Below, piece by piece: positions 47,884-59,194 of a stretch of DNA of 64,000 bases (its first letter is position 1; every line of letters starts with the position of its first letter). A model generated the notes under the pieces. It worked only from the letters and a program-made list of their open reading frames with translations, searched no databases and was not told where the DNA came from. Source of the stretch: Saccharofermentans sp. (GTDB lineage: Bacteria; Bacillota; Clostridia; Saccharofermentanales; Saccharofermentanaceae); NCBI GenBank assembly GCA_024403675.1, contig JAKSRH010000006.1, forward strand, positions 24,111 to 88,110, given 5' to 3'. The position numbers were made by a program, and so were the translations under genes.

Positions 47884-50163
47884 ATGAGTAATATTCATGA
47901 TGACAATAGAAGAAATAGTGCACCGGTATCTCCTGAAGATAGTGCACTAGCAGATGAGCTTAGAGCCACTTTAAAGGGTAAGCCAACTAGAACTGGTTTT
48001 AATCGTAACTGGATGAAGGAAATTATTTCCTTTGCTGGTGATATTGCCAGAGTTATTTTGGTGCTTGTTTTATGTGTTTGTTTTGCCCTTGCTGGATTTG
48101 GTTCAGGAATGCTTCTTGGATATGTATCTACTACTCAGCCTCTATCTATTTCGGATTTAACTCAGACAGAAGAAATCCAGACATCATTCGTATATGACAG
48201 TCAGGGTAATGTTATTGCTAAGCTTACTGGCAATGAGAATGTAGATAGAATTTATATTTCTATTGGTGATGTAAAGAACACTTATATTGAAGAAGCAATT
48301 ACTAGTATTGAGGACGAGAGATTTTATGAGCACTCTGGTATCGATATTAGAAGAATTGGTTCTGCTGTTTTGTCTGCTCTTATGAATGGTGGTACTGCTA
48401 CATATGGTGGTTCAACAATTACACAGCAGACAGTAAAGCTCATCTCTGGTGATGATCAGCACTCCACATCTCGTAAGGTTCAGGAGTGGTTTTCTGCTAT
48501 GAGCTTGGAGCAGGAGCTTTCTAAAGATGAGATTATGGAACTTTATCTTAATCTTGCTCCTATGGGTAATAACTATGTTGGAATCCAGGCAGCAGCGCAG
48601 AATTATTTTGGTAAAAATGCGTCTGAGCTTAACTTAGCTGAGTGCGCTTTCCTTGCTGGTCTTCCAAAGAGCCCTTCTTACTACAATCCACTTCGTGAGT
48701 CTGGTAGACGTAATGCTCTTAGAAGAATGAGAATCGTTCTTGGAAAGATGTATGAATTAGGAAAGATTAGCGAAGAGGAGTATAACGAAGCTCTTAACAC
48801 AGAGCTTGTATTTAAAACACAGCAGACAAGTAATTCAAATGACGTTATTTCTTACTTTGCAGAATATGCTATTCACGAAGTTGTTGTTGATGTGGCTGAG
48901 TCTCGCAATATTTCTATGTCACTTGCTACAACTATTGTGTATAACCGTGGTTACCATATCTATACTACATTGGAGCCAGATGTACAGGCTGTAGTTGATG
49001 AAGCGTTTTCTAATAGAGATTTGTTCCAGACAGATCCGTCGCTTCTTGTTAATCTCCCAGAAAAACCGCAAGCAGGTATGGTAATTATTAATGCGCAAAC
49101 CGGCGCTATATGTGCCATGGCTGGAGGATATGGGCGTAAAACCATGAATCTGGGTCTTAATCGAGCGACGCAGGCGTATAGACAAACTGGTTCTTCTATT
49201 AAGCCGCTTATTGATTACGCACCAGCATTGGAACTTGGACTTATTGTCCCATCTACAGTTTATATGGATCAGGAAAGTCATTTTGATGTGAATAATCCTG
49301 ATAACATTTGGCCACTTAATTCGGATAGAGCCTATGCAGGTCCTATGACTATTAGACGTGCTGTAGCTCAGTCAAAGAATACAATTGCAGTTGCTGTTTG
49401 GAATGATGTTGGTGGAGATACTGCCGCATGGTTCTTGTCTCAGATGGGAATAGATAAGTCTGCTGACGGTGTATATCCAGCGCAGGCGATAGGTGCTTTT
49501 ACTACAGGTATTACACCTCTTCAGATGGCAGGTGCCTTTAATACATTAGCATCTGGTGGTACTTATACAGAACCTTATTCATATACCAAGGTTTATGACA
49601 GTGATGGAAATATAGTGCTTGAGTCACATCCTGCATCCCATAGAGTATTCTCAGTGGAGACATGCTTCCTTATGAGTGACATGCTTGAGGACGTTATTAC
49701 AAGTGGTACAGCATCCAATCATGCGTCAATAATTACTAATGCAAATGGCGAGTATATTGGTACTGCTGGTAAAACTGGTACTACAGACGATAACCTTGAT
49801 AAATGGTTCTGTGGTTATACGCCTTATTACACTGCAGCGGTGTGGTATGGATATGACAATAGACTTCGACAGACAGTTATTCCACAGGGTGATAGAAGTA
49901 ATGCCATTAGAATTTGGTATTACGTAATGAGTCGAATCCATGATGATTGCCCATCTGTTGGATTCCCTAAGCCTGATACTATCATCCAGATGGAAGTATG
50001 TTCTTCTGGATATTTTGCAACAGATTATTGTCGTGAGGCAGAGTCTACGACTACGGATTTCTTTGTGGTGGGCAAGTACTTGACTCCAAGCACTGATAAT
50101 CCATGTCCAGTGCATGTTGCGCCAGAAGAGGAGATTATCGACGGCGTTGGCACAGAAGGTTAA
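47884..50163 (+). CDS. Class A penicillin-binding protein (PBP1A family)
   Basis: EDERFYEH.G, GSTITQQ, RKVQE, YLN; SSIK, SKN and KTG transpeptidase motifs. Confidence 0.93.
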   Translation: MSNIHDDNRRNSAPVSPEDSALADELRATLKGKPTRTGFNRNWMKEIISFAGDIARVILVLVLCVCFALAGFGSGMLLGYVSTTQPLSISDLTQTEEIQTSFVYDSQGNVIAKLTGNENVDRIYISIGDVKNTYIEEAITSIEDERFYEHSGIDIRRIGSAVLSALMNGGTATYGGSTITQQTVKLISGDDQHSTSRKVQEWFSAMSLEQELSKDEIMELYLNLAPMGNNYVGIQAAAQNYFGKNASELNLAECAFLAGLPKSPSYYNPLRESGRRNALRRMRIVLGKMYELGKISEEEYNEALNTELVFKTQQTSNSNDVISYFAEYAIHEVVVDVAESRNISMSLATTIVYNRGYHIYTTLEPDVQAVVDEAFSNRDLFQTDPSLLVNLPEKPQAGMVIINAQTGAICAMAGGYGRKTMNLGLNRATQAYRQTGSSIKPLIDYAPALELGLIVPSTVYMDQESHFDVNNPDNIWPLNSDRAYAGPMTIRRAVAQSKNTIAVAVWNDVGGDTAAWFLSQMGIDKSADGVYPAQAIGAFTTGITPLQMAGAFNTLASGGTYTEPYSYTKVYDSDGNIVLESHPASHRVFSVETCFLMSDMLEDVITSGTASNHASIITNANGEYIGTAGKTGTTDDNLDKWFCGYTPYYTAAVWYGYDNRLRQTVIPQGDRSNAIRIWYYVMSRIHDDCPSVGFPKPDTIIQMEVCSSGYFATDYCREAESTTTDFFVVGKYLTPSTDNPCPVHVAPEEEIIDGVGTEG

Positions 50164-50292
50164 TAGCCTCTGGAATAACAGGTTTATTTAATAAGATATT
50201 TCCCATTTAATTGGTATTACAAAGTAAATCAATAAACAACAAAAAAAAGGATAGTAATTTGCTTGCTAATTTAGAATCATTACAAATTAGGG

Positions 50293-50321
50293 TTGTAATG
50301 TGATTTTCATTTTGTTATATT
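50293..50321 (+). promoter_or_regulatory. Putative sigma-A promoter of pflB
   Basis: TTGTAA-17-TATATT with extended TG. Confidence 0.5.
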
Positions 50322-50358
50322 ATGACTACTAAATAACATATTAATTCAGAAAGGATAT

Positions 50359-52641
50359 ATGATTATGAAAGATTTTCAGCAGTGGGAGTCATTCGAGGGT
50401 CGTCTTTGGAAGGAAGAAGTAAACGTACGTGACTTCATCCAGAAGAACTACACAGAGTATCTCGGTAACGAGGACTTCCTCGAGGGAACAACAGAAGCTA
50501 CAGATAAGCTCTGGGGCAAGGTATCAGAGTATTACAAGGAGCAGCGTGCTAAGGGCGGTGTACGTAATATGGATACAGATATCGTATCTACAATTACATC
50601 ACACAAGCCAGGTTATATTTTTGACGATGAGGCTGGACAGGCTCTTGAGCAGGTTGTAGGTCTCCAGACAGATGAGCCTCTTAAGAGAGCATTTATGCCA
50701 TTCGGTGGTATTCGTATGGCTGAGCAGTCCTGTGAGACATATGGTTACACACCATCTCCAGAACTCCACAAGATTTTTACAGAGTATCACACAACACACT
50801 CTGACGCAGTATTCTCTGTATACACACCAGAGATCAGAGCAGCTCGTAAGGCTCATATCCTTACAGGACTTCCTGATACATATGGTCGTGGACGTATCGT
50901 TGGTGACTACAGAAGAGTTGCTCTTTACGGTATTGACTTCCTTATCGAGAAGAAGCAGGAAGATCTCGCTAACTGTGGTTGCGGTGTAATGGTTGATGAC
51001 GTTATCCGTCAGAGAGAAGAGCTTGCAATGCAGATTAAGGCTCTTAAGGAAATGAAGGCTATGGCTGCTTCTTACGGCTATGACATTTCCGCTCCAGCTA
51101 AGGATTCCAAGGAAGCTATTCAGTGGCTCTACTTTGGTTATCTCGCAGCTATCAAGACACAGAACGGTGCAGCTATGTCCGTTGGTCGTGTTGCTACATT
51201 CCTTGATATCTACTTCGAGAGAGATCTCAAGGCTGGTAAGATTACAGAGAAGGAAGTTCAGGAGCTCGTTGACCACTTCACAATGAAGCTCAGAATGGTT
51301 AAGTTCGCTAGAATCCCAGCTTACAATGAGCTCTTCTCCGGTGACCCAGTATGGGCTACACTTGAGGTTGGTGGTCTTGGTCAGGATGGCCGTTCTATGG
51401 TTACAAAGACAGACTATCGTTTCCTCCACACACTCGAGAACATGGATCCAGCACCAGAGCCAAACCTCACAGTGCTCTATTCTAAGAGACTTCCTTCTAA
51501 CTTCAGAAAGTACTCTTCTTACATCTCCATCAAGACATCTTCTCTCCAGTATGAGAATGATGACGAGCTCCGTCCAGTATGGGGTGATGATTACTCCATC
51601 TGCTGCTGCGTATCTGCTACACAGACAGGTAAGGAGATGCAGTTCTTCGGTGCACGTGCTAACCTCGCTAAGTGCTTGCTCTATGCTATCAATGGTGGTA
51701 AGGACGAGCTCGAGAAGGGTAAGGATGGCAAGCCAATGCAGGTTGCTCCTGAGTTTGCTCCTATTACATCTGAGTACCTCGACTACAATGAGGTTATGAA
51801 GAAGTTCGATGTAATGATGGATTGGCTCATTGACCTCTATGTTAACTGCCTTAACCTCATCCACTACATGCACGATAAGTATTACTATGAGGCAGCTGAG
51901 CTTGCTCTTATCGATACAGATGTACGTCGTTCCTTCGCTACAGGTATCGCTGGTTTCTCACACGTTATCGATTCCCTTTCTGCTATTAAGTATGCTAAGG
52001 TTAAGACAATCCGTGACGAGAACGGTATGGTAGTTGACTTCGAGACAGAGGGTGAGTTCCCAAGATATGGTAACGATGATGACAGAGCTGATAACATCGG
52101 TGTTGAGCTCCTCGACACATTCATGAAGAAGCTCAAGAAGCATCACACATACAGAGATGCTGAGCCATCTACTTCTATCCTTACAATTACATCTAACGTT
52201 GTATACGGTAAGAAGACAGGTTCCCTCCCTAATGGTCGTAAGGCAGGTGAGCCACTCTCTCCAGGTGCTAACCCAGCATACGGTGCAGAGCAGAATGGTC
52301 TCGTTGCTTCCCTTAACTCTGTTGCTAAGATTCCTTACACATGGGCTCTTGATGGTATTTCTAATACACAGACAATTAACCCATCTGCTCTTGGTAACAC
52401 AACAGAGGATCAGGTTGATAACCTCACAAACGTTCTTGATGGTTACTTCGCTAAGGGTGCTTTCCACGTTAACGTAAACGTATTTGGTGTAGATAAGCTT
52501 CTCGACGCTCAGGAGCATCCTGAGAAGCCAGAGTACGCTAACTTCACAATCCGTGTATCTGGTTACGCTGTAAGATTTATCGATCTTACAAGAGAGCAGC
52601 AGAACGACGTTATCGCTAGAACATGCCACGACAGACTTTGA
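50359..52641 (+). CDS. pflB: Pyruvate formate-lyase
   Basis: [15 protein letters not shown] active site, TIRVSGYAV glycyl radical; strong high-expression codon bias. Confidence 0.97.
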   Translation: MIMKDFQQWESFEGRLWKEEVNVRDFIQKNYTEYLGNEDFLEGTTEATDKLWGKVSEYYKEQRAKGGVRNMDTDIVSTITSHKPGYIFDDEAGQALEQVVGLQTDEPLKRAFMPFGGIRMAEQSCETYGYTPSPELHKIFTEYHTTHSDAVFSVYTPEIRAARKAHILTGLPDTYGRGRIVGDYRRVALYGIDFLIEKKQEDLANCGCGVMVDDVIRQREELAMQIKALKEMKAMAASYGYDISAPAKDSKEAIQWLYFGYLAAIKTQNGAAMSVGRVATFLDIYFERDLKAGKITEKEVQELVDHFTMKLRMVKFARIPAYNELFSGDPVWATLEVGGLGQDGRSMVTKTDYRFLHTLENMDPAPEPNLTVLYSKRLPSNFRKYSSYISIKTSSLQYENDDELRPVWGDDYSICCCVSATQTGKEMQFFGARANLAKCLLYAINGGKDELEKGKDGKPMQVAPEFAPITSEYLDYNEVMKKFDVMMDWLIDLYVNCLNLIHYMHDKYYYEAAELALIDTDVRRSFATGIAGFSHVIDSLSAIKYAKVKTIRDENGMVVDFETEGEFPRYGNDDDRADNIGVELLDTFMKKLKKHHTYRDAEPSTSILTITSNVVYGKKTGSLPNGRKAGEPLSPGANPAYGAEQNGLVASLNSVAKIPYTWALDGISNTQTINPSALGNTTEDQVDNLTNVLDGYFAKGAFHVNVNVFGVDKLLDAQEHPEKPEYANFTIRVSGYAVRFIDLTREQQNDVIARTCHDRL

Positions 52642-52666
52642 TCTAGAGATTAGTTAACTGTTAATC

Positions 52667-52700
52667 AGGCGGCTGTCTTCCTAGAGGACAGCCGCTTTTC
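52667..52700 (+). terminator. Terminator-like hairpin between pflB and pflA
   Basis: aggcggctgtcttc-cta-gaggacagccgctttt. Confidence 0.8.
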
Positions 52701-52727
52701 TCTTATTAATTCCCAAAGGAGTTTTTT

Positions 52728-53465
52728 ATGACAAAAGGTTTTATTCATTCCACAGAAAGTTTCGGAGCAGCAGATGGTCCAGGAGTAAGATATATTATTT
52801 TCTTCTCAGGTTGTGCAATGAGATGCCAGTATTGCCATAATCCAGATACCTGGCACATGAATACAGGTAAGGAGATGGATGCAGATGAACTCCTTAATCA
52901 GGCACTTCGCTATAAGGAATATTGGGGCCCTAAGGGTGGTATTACAGTAAGTGGTGGTGAGCCACTACTTCAGATTGATTTCCTTACAGAGCTTTTTGCA
53001 AAAGCAAAGGAGAAGGGAATTCACACCACTGTCGATACAAGTGGTAATCCTTATACAAAATCTGAGCCTTGGCATAGTAAGTTCATGGAACTTATGAAGG
53101 TAACAGACCTTGTTATGCTCGACCTCAAGCATATTGATAATGAGAAGCACAAAGGTCTTACAGGTCAGCCTAATACAAACATCCTAGAGATGGCTCAAGA
53201 ACTTTCAGATATGGGAAAGCCAATGTGGATTAGACACGTGCTTGTTCCTGAGAGAACTGACTATGATGAAGACCTTAACAAGCTTTCTGAATTCATTAAG
53301 ACACTTAAGACAGTTGAGCGTGTCGAGGTGCTTCCATATCACACATTGGGTATTCACAAATGGGAGACACTTGGTATTGAAAACATTCTTGAGAATGACG
53401 GAATTAAGACTCCAACTAAAGATAGAGTTGAAAATGCTAAAAAGATTCTTGGTGCAGTACAGTAA
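52728..53465 (+). CDS. pflA: Pyruvate formate-lyase activating enzyme
   Basis: DGPG, CAMRCQYCHNPDTW, SGGEP, LPYH. Confidence 0.96.
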   Translation: MTKGFIHSTESFGAADGPGVRYIIFFSGCAMRCQYCHNPDTWHMNTGKEMDADELLNQALRYKEYWGPKGGITVSGGEPLLQIDFLTELFAKAKEKGIHTTVDTSGNPYTKSEPWHSKFMELMKVTDLVMLDLKHIDNEKHKGLTGQPNTNILEMAQELSDMGKPMWIRHVLVPERTDYDEDLNKLSEFIKTLKTVERVEVLPYHTLGIHKWETLGIENILENDGIKTPTKDRVENAKKILGAVQ

Positions 53466-53470
53466 AATAC

Positions 53471-53497
53471 ACGGATGCCTTCGGGCATTCGTTTTTG
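53471..53497 (+). terminator. Terminator after pflA
   Basis: acggatgcc-ttcg-ggcattcgt-tttt. Confidence 0.75.
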
Positions 53498-53532
53498 TAT
53501 AATAGGAAATATTTTGTTTTAAGGATGGTCAC

Positions 53533-54180
53533 ATGAAGGCTGTAGTTTTTGATATGGACGGAGTAATCTTCGATACAGAGAGTGCTGTTATCGAGGTGTG
53601 GAAAGAAGTTGCGCAAAGGCACGGAATTCCTAATATAGTTGATTTTTGTACTGATTGTATTGGAATAAATGCTGTTGCGACAAAAAAGAAGTTCATTGAA
53701 AGATATGGTGATAAATATTCTTATGAAGAGATAAGAGCTGAAAAGACTGGCATTATCCGTGAAAGATTTAGAAAAGGTGAGATTGATATTAAGCCTGGAG
53801 CTGAAAACATTCTTCGAACACTAAAAGAAAACGGCATTAAGGTGGCGCTAGCTTCATCTACGAGAGAGGAAGCTGTCAGAGAAGAGCTTACACTTATGAA
53901 TCTTATTCAGTATTTCGATGAGATAGTAACAGGCGACATGGTGACAAGATCTAAGCCTGCACCAGATATTTTCTTGATGGCATGTGAAAAGCTTGGTGTA
54001 AAACCAGAAGAAGCAGCTGGTATTGAAGATTCATTTAATGGAATTAGAAGTTGCCACGATGCTGGTCTTTTCACTATTATGGTGCCTGATTTACTACAGC
54101 CAACAGATGAAATAGAGGCACTTGCTGATGTGGTGGTAACTGATCTTAACAAGGCATTGGAGGTAATACATGAGCATTAA
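53533..54180 (+). CDS. HAD-IA family hydrolase/phosphatase
   Basis: FDMDGV, ASST, KPAPDIF, EDS.NG. Confidence 0.9.
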   Translation: MKAVVFDMDGVIFDTESAVIEVWKEVAQRHGIPNIVDFCTDCIGINAVATKKKFIERYGDKYSYEEIRAEKTGIIRERFRKGEIDIKPGAENILRTLKENGIKVALASSTREEAVREELTLMNLIQYFDEIVTGDMVTRSKPAPDIFLMACEKLGVKPEEAAGIEDSFNGIRSCHDAGLFTIMVPDLLQPTDEIEALADVVVTDLNKALEVIHEH

Positions 54181-54961
54181 GTTTATTGCTTTTGACTTGG
54201 ATGGAACACTTCTTGATTCTGATAAGAACTATTCAGATGAGTTTATTCCTTTTGTAAAGTCACATCCTGAGATAATGTTCGCACTTTCCTCTGGTCGTCA
54301 GTACTATTGCCTCAGAAAGCAGTTTGAGCAAATTGCTGACCAGCTTTTATTTGTGGCCGAAAATGGTGCAGTTGTATTTTATAAAGATGAGATTATTTAC
54401 AAGAATATTATGACACCCAAGGCAGTAGATGAGTCGCTTGCCATGGCTAGAAGTTTGCCTGGTAATGCTCCTATTGCGTGTGGAATTAATAGCGCTTACA
54501 TGGAACATGTAGAAGAGAAAATTAAGAAAGAACCTCTAAAGTACTATGAGAGGTTTCAGTTTGTGGATGACCTTGATGAGTGCGCGCATAATGACGAGAT
54601 AATGAAAATTGCTGTGTTTATCAGAGATAAGAAAGCAGCAGAAGTTTATAACACTATAACTACTGTTCCTGATGGCACAGCAGCGGTGCTTTCTGGTGAT
54701 GACTGGATTGATATTTCTGGTAAAAATGTAGACAAAGGTCGCGCCATAAAAGTAGTGCTTGAAAAGTTTGGAATTGCTCGTGAAGAAGCTATGGCCTTTG
54801 GAGATTATCTTAATGACATTACTATGATGGAGGTGTGTGGTGAGAGCTATGCCATGAAAAATGCACTTCCTGAGGTAAAATCGATAGCAAAACATGTGAC
54901 GCTTTTTACCAATGATGAAAATGGGGTTATGGAGACGCTCAAAAGTTTGTATCAAGAATAA
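54170..54961 (+). CDS. Cof-type HAD-IIB hydrolase
   Basis: DLDGTLL, SGR, ENGA, FGDYLND. Confidence 0.9.
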   Translation: MSIKFIAFDLDGTLLDSDKNYSDEFIPFVKSHPEIMFALSSGRQYYCLRKQFEQIADQLLFVAENGAVVFYKDEIIYKNIMTPKAVDESLAMARSLPGNAPIACGINSAYMEHVEEKIKKEPLKYYERFQFVDDLDECAHNDEIMKIAVFIRDKKAAEVYNTITTVPDGTAAVLSGDDWIDISGKNVDKGRAIKVVLEKFGIAREEAMAFGDYLNDITMMEVCGESYAMKNALPEVKSIAKHVTLFTNDENGVMETLKSLYQE

Positions 54962-55031
54962 AAAACTTCACGCAAGTTAATCGGATTAGGGTATAATCAA
55001 AAACAGTGAATAATCCTTGAGGGGAATTAAT

Positions 55032-55661
55032 ATGAATATTACTTATCTTGGTCATGCATGTTTTAAGTTGGATAAGAATAACTTCTCTATGATAATCGAC
55101 CCATACAAATCGGGTTCGGTTCCTGGACTATCCCCTTTGAAGGAAATCGCTAATGTAGCAATATCATCCCATAAGCATGAAGATCATTTCGGTGTTGACG
55201 AGGTAAAGTTATCCTTTGCCAGAGTTGACACCCCTTTTGGTATGGAGTTTATTAATACTTTCCATGATGATAAGGAAGGAGCTCTTCGTGGCCCTAATAG
55301 AATTAGTATCATTACCGCGGATGACCTAAAGATAGTTCATATGGGTGATATCGGTTGTATGATTTCTGACGAGGATTTGGAAAAAATCGTAGGTTGTGAT
55401 GTCCTTATGATTCCTGTCGGAGGTTTCTTTACTATTGATGCTAATCAGGCTTATGAGTATTATTCCAAGATTAAGCCAGGAATAGTAATTCCAATGCACT
55501 ATAGAAGTGAGGGTATTGGTTACGACGTGATTGGTACAGTAGATAGTTTTATCAAGTTATTTGATGATGCTGATGTTGTTAAATGCGATTCTAAGATTGA
55601 ATTAGATAAGAAGCCAGAATGTGGCAAAGTAATGGTAATGCCTCCACTTAATAGAAAGTAA
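55032..55661 (+). CDS. Metallo-beta-lactamase-fold hydrolase
   Basis: YLGHACF, SHKHEDH, HMGD, IPVGG, IPMHY. Confidence 0.88.
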   Translation: MNITYLGHACFKLDKNNFSMIIDPYKSGSVPGLSPLKEIANVAISSHKHEDHFGVDEVKLSFARVDTPFGMEFINTFHDDKEGALRGPNRISIITADDLKIVHMGDIGCMISDEDLEKIVGCDVLMIPVGGFFTIDANQAYEYYSKIKPGIVIPMHYRSEGIGYDVIGTVDSFIKLFDDADVVKCDSKIELDKKPECGKVMVMPPLNRK

Positions 55662-55691
55662 TTGTAGATATTATTTATTAGGAGAAAATAT

Positions 55692-57176
55692 ATGATCAGA
55701 ACAGGTTTTGATAACGACAAGTATACAAAGCTTCAGTCTCAGAAAATCAGAGAGCGTATCGAAAAGTTTGGCGGTAAGCTTTATCTCGAGTTTGGTGGTA
55801 AGCTTTTTGATGATTACCATGCATCTAGAGTTCTTCCAGGTTTTAAGCCAGATAGTAAGATGAGAATGCTTATGGAGCTTAAGGCTGATACAGAGATTGT
55901 AATCGCTATTAATGCATCTGCTATCGAGAAGAGTAAGAGAAGAGGCGATCTTGGTATCACTTATGATCAGGATGTGCTTAGACTTATCGATACATTTACA
56001 GAGTTTGGTCTTTTTGTTGGTTCTGTAGTAATTACTCAGTATACAGGTCAGCCATTGGCAGAGAAGTTCGAGAAGAGACTTCGTTCCCTTGGTGTAAAGG
56101 TTTATAAACACTATCCTATCGAGGGTTATCCATCTAACATCCCACTTATCGTAAGTGAGGAGGGTTATGGTAAGAATGACTATATCGAGACAAGTCACTC
56201 TCTTGTTGTTGTTACAGCGCCTGGTCCTGGTTCAGGAAAGATGGCAACATGTCTTTCACAGCTTTATCACGAGAATAAGCGTGGCATTAAGGCTGGTTAT
56301 GCTAAGTTCGAGACATTCCCTATCTGGAGCATTCCACTTAAGCACCCAGTAAATGTAGCTTATGAGGCTGCTACAGCAGATCTTAATGACGTAAATATGA
56401 TTGACCCATTCCACCTCGAGGCTTATGGTGAGACAACAATTAACTACAATAGAGACGTTGAAATTTTCCCTGTAGTTAATGCAATCTTCCAGAAGATTTA
56501 CGGCGAGTCTCCATATAAGAGCCCTACAGATATGGGTGTTAACATGGCTGGATTTGCTATTGTTGATGACGATGCTTGTTGCGAAGCTTCTCGTAATGAG
56601 ATTATTAGAAGATATTATCAGGCAAAGGCTGCTGTTCTTCAGGGCCTCGCAGATCCTTCTGATGTAAACAAGCTTGAGCTTATTCTCAACACATCCGGTA
56701 TCGATACATCTGACAGACGCTGTATTGGTGCGGCGCTTGTTAGAGCAGAGCAGACAAGTGGTCCTGCAGTAGCTATTGAACTTCCTGATGGACGAATGGT
56801 TACTGGTAAGACAACAGAACTCCTTGGTCCTTCTTCTGCAGCTATTCTTAATGCATTGAAGCTCCTTGCAGGAATTGATCATGAGATGCCGCTTATCTCA
56901 CCTAATGTTATCGAGCCTATTCAGGATCTTAAGATTAATCATATGGGTAATCACAATCCTAGACTCCATACAGATGAGACACTTATCGCTCTTACAATTT
57001 CTGCTACTACAAATCCTGTTGCTGAGCTTGCTATGCAGCAGATTGGAAAGCTCGCTGGTTGTGATGCTCATTCTACAACAATTCTTAGTAGTGTAGATAT
57101 GAATGTTTTCCATAAACTTGGCATTAATATTACTACAGAGCCTAATTACGCAGCTAAGAAGCTTTATCAGAAGTAA
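55692..57176 (+). CDS. DUF1846 (UPF0371) P-loop protein
   Basis: KLYLEFGGKL.DDYHASRVLPGF, GPGSGKMAT, YAKFETFP. Confidence 0.9.
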   Translation: MIRTGFDNDKYTKLQSQKIRERIEKFGGKLYLEFGGKLFDDYHASRVLPGFKPDSKMRMLMELKADTEIVIAINASAIEKSKRRGDLGITYDQDVLRLIDTFTEFGLFVGSVVITQYTGQPLAEKFEKRLRSLGVKVYKHYPIEGYPSNIPLIVSEEGYGKNDYIETSHSLVVVTAPGPGSGKMATCLSQLYHENKRGIKAGYAKFETFPIWSIPLKHPVNVAYEAATADLNDVNMIDPFHLEAYGETTINYNRDVEIFPVVNAIFQKIYGESPYKSPTDMGVNMAGFAIVDDDACCEASRNEIIRRYYQAKAAVLQGLADPSDVNKLELILNTSGIDTSDRRCIGAALVRAEQTSGPAVAIELPDGRMVTGKTTELLGPSSAAILNALKLLAGIDHEMPLISPNVIEPIQDLKINHMGNHNPRLHTDETLIALTISATTNPVAELAMQQIGKLAGCDAHSTTILSSVDMNVFHKLGINITTEPNYAAKKLYQK

Positions 57177-57202
57177 TTAGAAAGTTGATTTTAAAGACTT
57201 AT

Positions 57203-57236
57203 AACGGAACTCGGTTAACGGGTTCCGTTTATTTTT
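57203..57236 (+). terminator. Terminator
   Basis: aacggaactcg-gttaa-cgggttccgtt-tatttt. Confidence 0.7.
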
Positions 57237-57286
57237 GCGCTAAAGGGTTGTATAATGTGTAACGAAAAAGTAACAAAGGAGTTTTC

Positions 57287-58564
57287 ATGTCTAGAAAAAT
57301 TCGCACAGGTATATTAGCTATAGCAGTATCTGCTTCTGTTGCAGTACCTCTTTTGTGCTTGCCTTTCGGAGTAGGGGAGGATAACCCTTCTTTTGTTGTT
57401 CGTAATGCTTATGCAGCTGCATTTCCACCTGAGGAAAATGAGGTTGTTGAAGAGGTTCTTGTGGAGGAATGGGCTCTTACAGAGAGTGACTATTCTACAG
57501 AAGGCCTTATTGATGTTAGTAATGGTGGTACTGTAAGTGCTACTTTTCTTGAAGGATATGAGGATAATCTCGCACGTGATATGGAGTACAAGGATGTTTT
57601 ATCCTACACCGTTTATCAGTCATATGATTCTGCTGGACTCCCAGTAGAACTTATCGATCCTCAGTATTTTGCTCCAGATAATACTAATTACTATATAAAG
57701 GCTAATAACTCTATTCTTAAAGAATTTCCTGATATGGATTCTATGACAGTTCAGTCATTAGCTACTGGTGAAGCTGTTACTAGAATTGGTATTGGTGATA
57801 ATTGGTCTAAGGTTCAGACTCAGGATGGTAACGAGGGATACGTACTCACTGACACTTTGTCTTATGAGATGGTATGGATAGATATTGATAGAACTGTATG
57901 GGTTGATACAGGTTCTCTTTCTCTTCGTGCAGAACCATCTACAGAGTCTGAAGTTGTTGCTACTTTGCCTGATGAAGCGCGTCTTCGTGCTATATCCGTT
58001 TCGGATAAGTGGTATAAAGTACAAACTAGTGGTGGCCTTGAAGGATATGTATATATTTCTTATACAACACAAACTGCACCTCCAACTCCTACTCCAGTTC
58101 CAGTAAGAACTGGTGGTTCAAGTGGAAACAGAGGTGGCTCTAGTAGTAATAGAGGCGGAGGCGGTTCCGGTGGTGGCGGAGGCGGTACACCTGTAATTAC
58201 TGGTGTAAATGGCTCAAGTGTAGTAAGCGCTGCTACAAGCCTTGTAGGTGTACCTTATGTTTATGCAGGTGAAAGTGCCAGCGGAGTTGACTGCTCTGGT
58301 CTTGTAGTTTACGCATATCGCCAGATTGGTGTTAGTGTTCCACACTATTCACAGTCGCTTACAGGCTGTGGCGTATCTGTTAGCCGATCTGATATTCAGC
58401 CAGGTGATATTGTTTGTTATGACTATGGCGGAGGATATTGTGGTCATGTTGCAATTTATGTAGGTGGTGGCCAGGTAGTTCATGCTTCTAACTCTGGTTC
58501 TACAGTAAAGTATGGAAATGTAGATATGATGCCTATTATGACTATTAGAAGAATTGTTACTTAA
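57287..58564 (+). CDS. SH3b-SH3b-NlpC/P60 cell-wall endopeptidase
   Basis: Signal/TM, two SH3b-like repeats (W.KV...EGYV), Gly/Ser linker, DCSG and GHVAIY. Confidence 0.9.
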   Translation: MSRKIRTGILAIAVSASVAVPLLCLPFGVGEDNPSFVVRNAYAAAFPPEENEVVEEVLVEEWALTESDYSTEGLIDVSNGGTVSATFLEGYEDNLARDMEYKDVLSYTVYQSYDSAGLPVELIDPQYFAPDNTNYYIKANNSILKEFPDMDSMTVQSLATGEAVTRIGIGDNWSKVQTQDGNEGYVLTDTLSYEMVWIDIDRTVWVDTGSLSLRAEPSTESEVVATLPDEARLRAISVSDKWYKVQTSGGLEGYVYISYTTQTAPPTPTPVPVRTGGSSGNRGGSSSNRGGGGSGGGGGGTPVITGVNGSSVVSAATSLVGVPYVYAGESASGVDCSGLVVYAYRQIGVSVPHYSQSLTGCGVSVSRSDIQPGDIVCYDYGGGYCGHVAIYVGGGQVVHASNSGSTVKYGNVDMMPIMTIRRIVT

Positions 58565-58579
58565 TTTGAGGAGATAAAT

Positions 58580-59194
58580 ATGAGAGAGTATTCCATTGAT
58601 CAGTTTACAAATGAATTGAGTTCAGCAGCTCCAGTACCAGGTGGTGGAGGAGCAAGTGCTCTTATGGGCGCAGTTGCTTCTAGCCTTTGTTCTATGGTAG
58701 CTAATCTTACTACTGGTAAGAAAAAGTACGCAGAGTACCAGGCTGATATCGAGAGAATTCTTGATAGAACAGCAGTTTTGACAGATGAAATTTCTGCATT
58801 AATTGAAAAAGATGCAGAAGCTTTCGAGCCACTTTCTAAGGCGTATTCTATTCCTAAGGAAGAGCCAGGTAGAGATGAGGTTCTCGAGAACGCACTTCGT
58901 GTGGCAAGTGATGCTCCTTTTGAGATTGTTGCTAAGTGTGAAGAGGTTGCTGCTATCGTAGAGGAACTTTCTGTTAAGGGTTCTAGACTTGCTATTAGTG
59001 ATGTAGGTGTTGCTGCATCTGCACTTAGAGCTGCAGTAACTGGTGCATCTATGAATGTTTATATCAACACAAAGCTCATGAAAGACAGAGAGTATGCTGC
59101 AGCTATGAATGCTAAGACAGATGCAGCTGTAGCTACTGTAGTAGCTATTTGTGACAAGGCATATGAGTTGGTTCTTGGAGGATTAAAGGGATGA
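58580..59194 (+). CDS. Cyclodeaminase/cyclohydrolase family protein (FTCD C-terminal-like)
   Basis: PVPGGG.ASAL, SDVGVA, NVYIN. Confidence 0.9.
   Translation: MREYSIDQFTNELSSAAPVPGGGGASALMGAVASSLCSMVANLTTGKKKYAEYQADIERILDRTAVLTDEISALIEKDAEAFEPLSKAYSIPKEEPGRDEVLENALRVASDAPFEIVAKCEEVAAIVEELSVKGSRLAISDVGVAASALRAAVTGASMNVYINTKLMKDREYAAAMNAKTDAAVATVVAICDKAYELVLGGLKG

Noticed and set aside
50255-50330. Rex operator upstream of pflB
   Set aside because: Only weak half-matches to TTGTGAA-N4-TTCACAA; cannot be supported without PWM scoring
50599-52629. Long antisense ORFs (424 aa, 223 aa) opposite pflB, and similar ones opposite nrdD, feoB, folD and DUF1846
   Set aside because: Shadow ORFs expected from strong codon bias of the sense gene; no motifs or RBS
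58100-58190. GGT/GGC-rich repeat
   Set aside because: Ordinary Gly/Ser linker of the NlpC/P60 protein
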